From Lepidodermella squamata (taxonomy: Eukaryota > Animalia > Gastrotricha), in assembly GCA_047495785.1 (NCBI GenBank), contig JBLDXI010000098.1:1-20025 (forward strand): a stretch of DNA of 20,025 nucleotides, given 5' to 3'. The translations under genes were made by a program, and so were the position numbers. The notes under the pieces are model-generated. The model saw nothing but the letters and a program-made list of their open reading frames with translations. It was not told where the DNA came from and made no database searches. Every line of letters begins with the position of its first letter. The stretch's first letter is position 1. This document shows positions 1 to 10,298 of the stretch, in pieces.

Positions 1-15
1 ACACATCTCGTGAGA

Positions 16-1273
16 GTACGGCAGTTGGAATCGTAGATGAAGCGGCGACGAGGATCGCAAATATTGAGAGGTATTGCCCGGCGACCAAGCTGCTTTGTTC
101 TCATCTTTTTGTTCGCAGGCCGTCTGTTCTTCCTTCAACAAATAATTCTCTCCACAGTAAAGAAATAAAGTAATATCGCGCTGCTATACGATTATTGAAA
201 CCTGGAATATATAAGAGCTGACAGGTGATGATGATGATCGCCCTCCGCTGGGTGGATTTGAAACAAGTACCTGATGACCATAAGGCACTCCCTTTGGCGG
301 CTTTTGGTGAACGCGCGGCTTAGACAAGTGCCGGTGCGCACCAATAAAGACACTTCAAAGCCGTTACAAATATAGGTCGCTTCAGCCTATCGCGAACTCA
401 CAAGCTACCGACAGGTGTAATAAACGTGACCTGGACACAAGGGAAGGGAACGATCGCGATCATTATTTCTCGGTAATAACATCGGCGGCATCTCGGAAAT
501 TCGCCCGTTCGAGCCGAAAAAATTGCCGCAACTGTTTTGTTTGTTATTTACGTGTGCCGTAAGTAAAGATGGAGTTGATGGCGATCGCAGACTGTATTAT
601 GCCGATCATCGGATATTAGTTGTTTTGTCGAAGAAAACAAAGGAAAATCTCGTTGTTATTCATGCCGACGGAATTTATTGCCTCACGCGCTGCCGAAGGC
701 TGGTTTTCGTGTTGTTATTGCCGTCATCGCCGAAAATTGGCGCGGTCGCAGTTCTACGACGGTCTTTCTTTACCTTTTCTTGCGTTAAATAATAAATTAG
801 ATCCTCAGTGCTCAGTGTACAGGCGCAGTATTTGCTAGTCGGGAGTCTGCTGCTGCTGCTTTGGCTGTGTCGTCGATCTCGCGGCGCGTGTTTTCTTTTA
901 TTTTGCTTTTCTTTTTGTCTTTTTCTTAGGTATTGTAATCCGCGGCGGCGCCCAAAGACCGAACCGTGAGCAAACCGGCAGCGCTCCAATCGATAGCGCG
1001 GCGCTCCCGACGTGCATACTTGATGACGTGTGTTTGTGGTAATGTGTATAAAAGGTGACGGGAAAAAGAACCACCACCAGCAGCAGAATGCTACGGTGCA
1101 TTCGCAACTCGATCTATTATTGCTTAAATTACTGTGGAGAGAATTATTTGTTGAAGGAAGAACAGACGGCCTGCGAACAAAAAGATGAGAACAAAGCAGC
1201 TTGGTCGCCGGGCAATACCTCTCAATATTTGCGATCCTCGTCGCCGCTTCATCTACGATTCCAACTGCCGTAC
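16..1273. repeat. Perfect 145-bp inverted repeat pair (16-160 and 1129-1273) with a 968-bp spacer
   Basis: 16-160 (GTACGGCAGTTGG...TCTCCACAGTAA) is the exact reverse complement of 1129-1273 by base-by-base comparison. Identity stops abruptly on both sides and no flanking target-site duplication is visible. Confidence 0.95.
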
Positions 1274-2252
1274 CGATCAGCTTATTGTTATTTGCAGCTC
1301 GCAAAATAATGCGCGCTCTTGGATTCTCTCAGCACAATGTGCCACCCGCCTGACATGGTTAATTCGATTTCGCATAATATTCCTCCTCTTACCTTTCTAT
1401 TCTTCCTATTCTTCCTTTCTTCCTTTCTAATCTTCATTTCTTCCCTTTTATAGGTAGAAAATTTCGGGTGTTTTGAGCTTGGATAATTGCTTGAGCTTGG
1501 ATACAATAAATGTATGTCTATTCCTCCAAGGTTTTGAGTCACTGGCGCGAGCCAATCACCTTTCGACAAATTTCAATTTAAAAATGGTTAAAAGGCGCGA
1601 TTTTTTTTAACATTTTTATTCTTCTCGAAGACTGAATGCGTGCACTCAGGTATTACAAGGCGAAATTCGACTGCCGTTGCTTTTTGCTGTCCACGCGCAC
1701 AGCACGACGATTCTCAAAAGGCGGGATGTAATAAGAAAAACAAAAACAGAAAAGCAGATAATGACAAAAATGCGGTAACAATCCGTCAAACGTAGCTTGA
1801 AAGAAATGAAAAATCAAAATTAACAATATAAAACCCTCGGATCGCCGGCTTCGGCGGACTCGCCCGGACTTAAAGGAAAATCAGCGCTGTCATATCGACC
1901 CCTCTACTAGCCATCGGCGAATGCGACTGATGATACGGACGACGTTTCTGTTATTGAAACCAACATTAGCAGCAGTCAAAACCAGCCTTCACTGATCATC
2001 TCTCTTCACACCGGGAACTTAGATTATATCAACGAAAAGCAGGAATTTATAATCGAAATCACAAGGGTTCGGAAACTCGCACGTTTATTGTTCACCTCTA
2101 GCTGATGATTGAAATGATGGTGGCATTACTGTCACTGCCACTGATACAATTACAGAGCTCACGATTATCATTTTTTGGAAAAGAAAACTCAAAGCAAAGC
2201 GTTCAAAGATTCAACGACTGGATTTGAGTACAATAGTAGTTATCTGCAGTCG

Positions 2253-3607
2253 TTACCGTCTCGATGATCTGAAAATGGCAATACAAAAATTGAAACAAAT
2301 GGGTGAAAAAGCATTAGCTGGTCTCACTTGTGGTGATCATTTTTATCGATCGGTGACCGTGAGCGCGATCGATTTCGCTGATCGGGCGACCGGTCCCGTT
2401 GTCGGCGACGGCGATCTGCCGAGCCACGCGACGAAGCCGATGAAGAAGACGAGCTGCCAGAGCCTGAGGATGAGCCGGACGCAGATGAGCCCGACGAGCT
2501 CGAGTCCGAGTCGTCAGACGAACCCGAGTTAGAAGAAGCGGACGAGCCGGAGTCATTCCTGCGATGCGCATCATCCAGATCATGCAAAAGACAAAAGACA
2601 AAAACGTAAAAATGATGAAAGACCGAATTTTCAAAATGAAAGGCACAGATTGGACGATGGATTTTGTTTGATTTGCGCAATCTCTACAATCTCTACGGTC
2701 ACAAGCAGGCAATGTATTCGCACCGCTCCCGTGAAGACTTCGTCTTGGCATCCACCAGATCGGCCACGTCGTCTTCATCCAACAAGTTGTACTTGTCCAG
2801 ATCGGCGTCGTCACCATCATCATCATCATCGTCGTCCTCCTCTTCATTTTCCTCTTCGTCATCATGCTCGGCGTCCTTCTTATCGGCTACAGGACCCGCA
2901 GTAAGCTTCAATTAAAACAATAAGACATGGTTGATCTTTGATATAGGGTTATTTACTTGAGGTTTGTCGTTACTACTCTCGTGATCGTTGCCATTTTGAG
3001 AGCTGTCGTTGTCACCGCTTGCAGCTCCGCCGCGAAATTTCTTCTTGATTAGCCCAAACTAGATGAAAATATTAATTATGAAATTGGATTTAAGGGTTAA
3101 TTGGTATTATTTACTTCGTCATATTCGTCGTCAGATTCGTTGCGTTCCTTGTACTCGACAACGTCATCGCGGTCTTTATAGCCGCCACCGAGCCCAGTCC
3201 GATTTTCGGCTTTCGCCAACTTGGGCGTATTGCAAACGTTGCACTTGAAGCGTCGAGCCCAGTTGACGTTACCACAACTACATGGAGGAATCGATAATTA
3301 AGAAGCGCATTGAAAATGATGAGAAGAACCTTTTGCAAATCCAGTCATCAGGATTGAATAAACCGCCTGATTTCTCAGCTTGTTGTTTGCCAATTTCAAT
3401 TCCGGTTTTCTTGAATACCCAATCTTTCTGAAGCTCTGTTCCGCATTTGTTACATTTCGAACGGCTGCTGAAGTTTACATTGCCGCAGCGACCATTCGCT
3501 CTAAACGATGGAAACTTTGAAAAAATTGGAAGAAAACATTTAGCAGCGACTTACGTTTTACCTTGGCAAATCCAGTCACCTTCATTTGGCTTGACTTTTG
3601 CAGCCAT
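2253..3607 (-). CDS. ZRANB2: ZRANB2-like splicing regulator (two RanBP2-type zinc fingers, acidic region, Ser/Arg-rich tail); multi-exon, 3' end uncertain
   Basis: Manual splicing from ATG 3607 gives [38 protein letters not shown]...EIGKQQAEKSGGLFNPDDWICKSCGNVNWARRFKCNVCNTPKLAKAENRTGLGGGYKDRDDVVEYKERNESDDEYDEFGLIKKKFRG...DDADLDKYNL...RNRSRSRSP. This matches ZRANB2 motifs as I recall them (GDWIC, CGNVNWARR, RTGxGGG, YDEFG, DDADLxKYNL). Introns are GT-AG (first 3554-3501). The stop at 2253-2255 assumes a short last exon (KSSRR*). Confidence 0.9.
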
Positions 3608-3844
3608 TTCAAAAATTATTCTAAATTAGCGAGAAAATAAGCATTGCAGATTTAATTCAACTCCGTAATACAAAATTGAATTGCACCGATAGCTGATAAA
3701 TGATGGAAGCTCATAGTTCAGAAAAAATAAATGAAGATGCCGCAATTAGGCGGAGATTTTTTTTTAGCCTGAAAGGCATAATAAGATGATAAATAAGAAT
3801 GTCTCAGTTTGTAATAGGTCTCATTATCTCGAGCTCAAGCCGTT

Positions 3845-5260
3845 TCACAGCTTAGCAAGTTGACCGTTGAGTGTTTCGGCAAGAGCGTCCATGAATTCCT
3901 GGGTGTTGAGATATTCGCGTCGATCGACGGCAGTAGAACCAGGATTTTTGCACAAGGCCAAGTCCTTGGTCATTTTTCCATTCTCGACAGTAAGTACGCA
4001 TGAAGCCTCCAGCTGCTTGGCGAATTGCGCCAAATCAGCGTTGTTATCCAAAGCAGCGCGATGCGACAGAGCACGAGCCCATGCAACAACGGATGCGATA
4101 GGGTTCGACGAAGTCTCCTTTCCTTGTTGATGCAAGCGGTAATGACGAGTAATTGTGCCATGGGCTACACTTGTCACGATTAATGAAAGAGCTAAATTAA
4201 TACGCATAGCCTACCTGCTTCGGCAACTCGTGTGCGACCATCAGGGCAGATCAAAACCGAAGACATGAGACCCAATGAACCAAAGCCCTGTCGAGTTTAT
4301 ATTATAGCAAATCAGTAGCAGAATTGGCCTGAATCTTACCTGGGCAACCATGTCAGATTGAACATCCCCGTCGTAGTTTTTACAGGCCCAGACGAAGGAA
4401 CCCTCGCTTTTCAGGACATACGCAACCATGTCGTCGATCAAGCGGTGCTCGTATGTGAGACCGGGCCAGTCTTTGGCAACGGCATCAAAAATTGAACGGA
4501 AACGTCCATCATAGCTCTTTAAGATGGTGTTTTTCGTCGTGAAGTACAGTGGCATGTTGCGTTCGACGGCGAGACTGCAACATGACTTGGCGAAATCAGT
4601 AATCGAGGCATCCAAGTTGTACATCAGCAAAGCAACGCCCCCGGTGTTATCCGTTCCGGGCAACGGGAAATGAATTGATCGGAGTTCCTTCGATACGTTC
4701 GATCCATCGGGTTTCCACTGAATCGACAAAGTGCCGCTTTCACCGTGTGGCAAGAGCGCTTCCAATGCGGCATATTGGTCGGCGAAAGCGTGGCGACCTA
4801 CAATAATCGGGTGCTTCCAGTGGCTAACGACACGCGGAATGTTGGAGCAGATAATCGGCTCACGGAAAAGCGTTCCGCCGAGTTGGTTACGGATGGTTCC
4901 GTTCGGAGATTTATACATTGATTTCAAGCCAAACTCCTTTACCCGAGCTTCGTCTGGAAAATTGCAATAGATGCACAGTTATCATTGGCCACCACCGGCA
5001 AAGAAACACTTACCAGGGGTGATGGTAGCACATTTGACACCAACACCGCATTTCCTGACAGCCTCGACGTACTCCATAGTAACTTTATCGTCCGTTAAGT
5101 CGCGATTTTGAATAGAAAGGTCGAATGTTTGAAGTTCTATATCCAAATATGGCAGAATCAGCTTCTCCTTAATAAGGTCCCAGATAATTCGCGTCATCTC
5201 ATCTCCTTCAGCTTCTGCCACAACGCCGCAACGAATTTTACCGTTCGGAACGTCTCGCAT
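3845..5260 (-). CDS. IDH1: NADP-dependent isocitrate dehydrogenase, cytosolic/peroxisomal type, ~417 aa, 4 exons (5260-5014, 4953-4340, 4287-4215, 4164-3845)
   Basis: Motifs [90 protein letters not shown] and MTKDLA are all in frame after removing 60-, 52- and 50-bp GT-AG introns. An in-frame stop just upstream of ATG 5260 means no mitochondrial leader, and the C-terminus AKL is a PTS1 signal. Confidence 0.96.
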
Positions 5261-6355
5261 TTTCAATTAATGCTAAAAATCTAGGAGGAAACGCAATTGA
5301 GCTAAAAACGGCCTGAACTTGAAGACTTAGTTTTATGCAAGGGAAAAACAGTTATAAAATTAAACTAAATGCAAAACCGACTTCCTAAATCGATCAGATT
5401 ACTTCACCATATGATCCATTTAGTATCTATTTTCATAACTTAATTTTGAATATGGCAAATGGCGCAAAAGCCGATTACGCTGCGAACAGGTCGATGGCGT
5501 GGCCATGGGCTCACCTTTTTGTCCACCTATGCCATCATGCAAAACCTAGGGGAGTAACTCGAGGGAGACGATAGTACCTATATCCCAGCTATATCACATT
5601 TAGTCAAACAAGGTTGTCATTATCGCCGCGGCAAATCGTCTTTCGGCGGCGGACAATCCAGCAATGAAAGCAAACAACTGCTTCGGGCTGAAACGGAAGT
5701 CAGCCTAAGATTCTGGCCACCACGTGCTTATGCTTATGGCTCGCTATCAGAGGGTCAAGGTTAACGTTAACGTTAGGTTGGGGTTAGGTTGGGAGTGGGG
5801 TGCCCTCTGAGAGGGCACTTCTACCAACGAAATTGGAGGAGGCCAAAACGACAACGACTACATGACGCGGCAGCCGTAGATTTATCACAATTTATCATAC
5901 AGAGCTCGTACATTTGAGAGCCCTGGCAAGTAACACGAAAGAATCTATGCCTCTGTTGTGGACGCGGCGAAACCCTCGGAGCTCTGAGTGGAAATCCATC
6001 GCCCTAACTTGTTAATGATGTCATATTTGGCCTTTACGGCACGAATTACGGAATGGCTTTTCGGCACGCCTTTGAAAATGCTGATAGCCCGATCGTCGTT
6101 GGGAGCTGGGTGTCTTCAAATTAGCCAAGATCCAACCAAGATCAAAGATCGATGCCTGGATAGATAACGAACCCTGCCCTCCGCATCCCGCGTCGGAAAG
6201 CGCGCGCGCAAAAATTTAAATTAAAAAAATTAATTTGTCAATAATCATTTCAAAATTACTGAAACTTAAATATTTGGAAAAAATTATTAAATCTGTCAAT
6301 TTTTTATGGGTTTGCGTCGGTTTATTTTTCAAGTTTTTGTTTTTGGCGACTGAGT

Positions 6356-6486
6356 CCCTAGCAAACCCGTCCGGCGTTCAAACGGACAGTTTTCGTTCAG
6401 TTTCCGCACTGTGCACTGTTAGATCAACTGTTCGGAAACATGCAGTCTCCTGTCCGTTTGAACGCCTGAAACAGACAGTTTCCGGT
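6356..6486 (+). repeat. Transposon terminus with subterminal repeats (17-bp inverted pair 6373-6389/6450-6466; recurring CAGTTTYCG motif)
   Basis: GGCGTTCAAACGGACAG and CTGTCCGTTTGAACGCC are exact reverse complements. CAGTTTTCG/CAGTTTCCG occurs three times in about 100 bp. Subterminal direct and inverted motifs are typical of CACTA ends. Confidence 0.8.
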
Positions 6487-6932
6487 TAGTTTGGTTGAAA
6501 AAATTACAAAAATTGACCAAACCTCCGCTTACCGAAAATTCTCACGCCTGCTTTTCGGCCGACTTGGTAAAATTGTTGTACGAGCTATTTTGATTATATT
6601 TTGAAGATTATGATAAATAATTTAATAAATAATTAATTTCGCAGCTTTTGGGGATGTGCTTTGTTTGAAAATCTGCTAAGTCCGCGATGCATATGAACTG
6701 CTGACAGCCGCCTTAACCTTTCACTGCTAACTTAGTTGATTACATGCAGGTTGCTTCATGTTTTAAGTTGAAAAAATTAGTTTCTAGTTATTATGATCGT
6801 TCACGCCTAGTGTTTATGATTGCTCTGTACCTATGTCCATATGTTCATCTACCCATATTGCATGCTTTATGCCTTTAAGTGCAGCTTTTTCAAAGGCGCG
6901 TCTCATTTACCATCTATTTTGTTAAAATCTTC

Positions 6933-7350
6933 ATGAGCTCAAAGTCGTCTGACTCTGACGCTGAAGATGTGACCTCAAGCAGTTCAAGCTCCGAGGCTCC
7001 TCAGCCACCCATTAAAAAACGGTTAGCAAACTATTTTCAAATGTCTATAAGATTGAGAGTAGTCTTACGTTTATTCTAGCAAAGTTCCGGCTAAGGGGCG
7101 GTTGATACCCGCAGACTGTTTCTCATGTCAGTCATGCGATTTTTACTCCGACGAATGGTTGACGGTGCAGGCACATGAGCGAAAAGAACATAATAGTAGT
7201 TTTGTGTGCCCTGTATGCGATATGAGTTTCAAGTCCAAGTATGAGCTTGAGAAGCATGAAACTAAGCGACATCCGCTAGCATTCCCGCCAAAACCTAAGA
7301 AACCTAAGGAAAAATCCAAAAAATCCGCAAAGGGACATATAAAGGATTGA
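6933..7350 (+). CDS. Transposon-encoded small protein with two C2H2 zinc fingers and a Lys-rich tail (~119 aa; exons 6933-7021, 7080-7350)
   Basis: MSSKSSDSDAED...PIKKR joins through a 58-bp GT-AG intron in frame to KVPAKGR..FSCQSCDFYSDEWLTVQAHERKEH..FVCPVCDMSFKSKYELEKHETKRH..PKPKKPKEKSKKSAK. No GT donor follows the second finger, so it appears to end at its own stop. Confidence 0.75.
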
Positions 7351-7458
7351 TATGATTTCTTGCCACGAACGATACATTGAACCATTTGTCTTATTGATTA
7401 CTTAATATGTTTTAGGAAATTACTTTTCATTGTTCAACTGTACCCTGTGCGTTTGCTT

Positions 7459-10234
7459 ATGCCGCCAAAAGAGGCTCGAAAAGAGATCGATTTGTTACTC
7501 CAACAGCTCGGCGGAGCTGAAGAAGAAGAAGAAGAAGAAGAAGAAGAAGAAGAATCCGAATCGGACGTTGGGTTGTCGGCTACTCAACGAAGAATAGCTT
7601 CAGCTACGTTAATTAGGTCGTTGGAATGTGGTGAGAGGCCAACAAACGTTCAAACCACGCATTCGGTAATTGCTGATAGGCCGTCTACCTCATCCGAGTC
7701 GTATGAGCCTGCTCCTGAGTTTGCTGAAGCATCCTATACGGCGCATGGTGAACAATGGCCCATCAGTGAGGAAGAATCAGATGAAATCGACCTGCCTGGT
7801 CAATCAGGGATGGACGATGAGTACGAAGTGCTTTCACAGTCATCTTGCGACTCATTCCCAAGTGATTGGGAGGTAAACCAGTCTGATTTCGAAATGGACG
7901 AGGCCGATGAGGCCGACGAAGCCCCACGAACTTCAGTTCCAGCCGGCGCGAAAACAAACATCACTGACACGGCGGATCGTTTTGTTCATGCTGAAATAGT
8001 AAAACAGCCCAATCCAGACCCGAAGATCAACAGCTATTCGCCCATGTCGGTTCTTCGTGCGCTTGAAATTGATCATGGCCTTGCGCAGGCAGGCTTGGAT
8101 CTTGTAACGAAGGGCTTTCGGGAGCTTGCCAAAGGTGATGCTGCGAAGCTGGCCTCGATTCCGTCCTCGTTGAAATCTTACAGAAAAATGCTGACTGGCA
8201 TGGGTGACGTGGTTCTTCCTCAAATTTTGCAAAGTTTATGCCCGTCATGTTTTGTGCAAGTTGATGCTGCAAAGAAATGCGGGCAATGTGGAACAACATT
8301 ATCAACGGCTAGTATGGGGGAGATCATCGTGCCCTCGTTAGCCTGGCAACTATTGGTAATATTGAGTGACTTCATCGACGCTGGCGTTGTACCTCTCACT
8401 GATGTTCACAATCTCGATCTTCAGCTACAAATAAATTTTGATGGTACTACCTTGTCAAAGCGAGCGGGAACTGGAACAAACGTGTGGCCTTTGCTGGCAA
8501 CCATCAAGAATCTGCCTGAATATGCAAGGTATTTAAAAACATAGAAGAAGAAAACGGTGATTAGTGTGTTAATTATGTTTCAGGTACAAGCCGGAGAATA
8601 TGCTCCTCCTGGGGATTTGGCAGGGACCTACCAGTCCCAAGTACCAACAATTCCTCGATCTTTGTCTCTCGAACACAGTCGCAAATTTTGAGGTCAAGAA
8701 GAGACTGGTTACGAAAAAGGGGGCAGAGGTAGACTTTACTGTATGGCTCTTCTCGCTCATTGCCGATGCGCCTGCAAAATGCGACTGTCTCAATATACGC
8801 AGCTTTCACGCCGAGTATGGCTGTCCTTTCTGCTTCCTCAAAGGAGATCATCTTTTTGGCAGCCGTCGATATCGATTCGTCGAGGATTCCGAGTTTGATT
8901 TGCGTCCACCCGATGAAATAAACAAAGTCGGCCCTGAAATCGATAGAACTGGAGTCGTAGTGCATGGTATGAAAGGCTCCTGTGTGCTCTGTAAACGCCG
9001 CATGTTGCTTCCTCGAGATGCACCGGTCGACCACCTCCATTGCATCTGTGAAGGCGTAGCTAAGCAGGAGTTGCGCAGTTCTATTCAGTACGACGACATT
9101 TTACCGATTCGAATTCGTAATTACATCGCCCGAATACTTCGAGAAATACAAGTTCCCAGGCAGATGCAGTCGGTTAGGCTGAAAGTATTTGGCGAGACCG
9201 CGGCGAGCCAGTTCAAAGGGAAACATATGAAGTTTTGGGTTGGCTACGTCCGGGTCCCCGTCCTTGCGCGATTCATGCCAGATACATACTTTCTACTCAC
9301 CGTTTGCCTGTCTCTTGCTTTTCGCCTGTTGATCGAATTCGATGAGGAAGATGCTGACAAAAAACTCAAGGCGATACAACAATCTCGGTCTCTTCTGAAC
9401 GAATATCGCCGTTTCTTCCCAATACTGTACGGTGGCGTGAAAACGGAGACCTACAATTTGCATACAGTGGGACATTTACCGGCTCAAGCCGAGCGTTTCG
9501 GGCGAATCGACAGCTTTTCGGCTTTTCCTCACGAAGGGTTGATTGGATGGTTGAAGCACGTGTACGTAGGAACGCAACACCAGATACATCGTATGTTGGT
9601 GGCCCTTCATCGACGTCAGTTGAAAGGTGACAGGGACTACAGCAAGCGCCTTACTGTTGTGCTCTCCAACGCGACTCGCCCGGATTCGGAGCAGCAAGCT
9701 ATCCTGAACTCTGTCTGTGTCAATGGCGGTTATACTATTTTTACTACTGCCTACTACAAATCTCAGCGTTTTGATGGGCTATGGTTGAAATTCGGCACAA
9801 AGCGACGGTTACCTCGGTCGTTCGCCGTTGAGTTCAAACTGGATGACGGTACTTCAGCGTGTGGAGAAATTCTCGGTTTCGTGAGAAATGCAGCGACTCC
9901 CATGGTTGTTGATAAGGCATTAATTCGACGCTATGTCTGTCTTCCTGATGCTGGTGTCATTTTGCAGCGACTTTCCTCTCTGTGTGGTTCTACCGAGCTG
10001 GCAACTGAAGCCAAGACGCATCTTGCGAATGCCATCGGCAACGTTTTATCGGATGATTTCGCTAGGAACATCTTCCGCTCCTACACTATTTCTAATTTGA
10101 GAGATAATGCCGGTTATTGTTTGATTGATTTGGAAAAAATCTCATCAAAACTAGTTGTTATCCAACGTCGCCCCTGCAATGACAACTATATATGCGACGC
10201 CATTCCTTGGGGAATTGGGGCTGACCTTTATTAA
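7459..10234 (+). CDS. CACTA/EnSpm-type (CMC) DDE transposase, ~906 aa (exons 7459-8528, 8584-10234)
   Basis: A 55-bp GT-AG intron joins the two ORFs in frame (LPEYARYKPENMLLLGIWQG). CMC motifs present: CPSC...CGQC, QINFDG (D1), VWPL, LIADAPA (D2), GCPFC, VDHLHCICEG, YNLHTVGHL and SAFPHE (E). The N-terminus is acidic and starts MPPK. No stops or frameshifts. Confidence 0.92.
7519..7554 (+). repeat. (GAA)12 microsatellite encoding poly-Glu in the transposase N-terminus; mirror copy at 15901-15936
   Basis: Read directly; the unit count is 12 in both arms. Confidence 0.95.
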
Positions 10235-10298
10235 ATTTTTTACTACGAAAGTTTTTACTGCCTTGTTAATTATCACATGATATTTTATAGATTTTTAA

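Noticed and set aside
222-280. C/D-box snoRNA-like motifs (TGATGA...CTGA)
   Set aside because: The C-box lies in a (GAT)n run, the span is only about 50 nt and I see no recognisable guide sequence.
675-1304. 209-aa minus-strand ORF and overlapping short ORFs at 523-1569
   Set aside because: Low-complexity composition, no recognisable domain and overlap with the 145-bp repeat; not supportable as genes.
1380-1505. Pyrimidine-rich TTCTTCCT tract and a doubled TTGAGCTTGGATA
   Set aside because: Short low-complexity or local tandem duplication with no further structure.
1860-2150. Possible alternative 3' exons of ZRANB2
   Set aside because: Candidate acceptors exist but no frame gives a convincing conserved peptide; needs RNA data.
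2224-2915. Several ORFs in alternative frames and strands (poly-His, poly-Ser, poly-Met)
   Set aside because: Shadows of the acidic and Ser/Arg-rich ZRANB2 exons.
5772-5793. Interstitial telomere array (TTAGG)
   Set aside because: Only two non-adjacent TTAGG units; not an array.
7670-9697. Antisense and alternate-frame ORFs inside the transposase (and mirrors at 13758-15785)
   Set aside because: Shadow ORFs of a long coding region; their duplication reflects the palindrome, not conservation.
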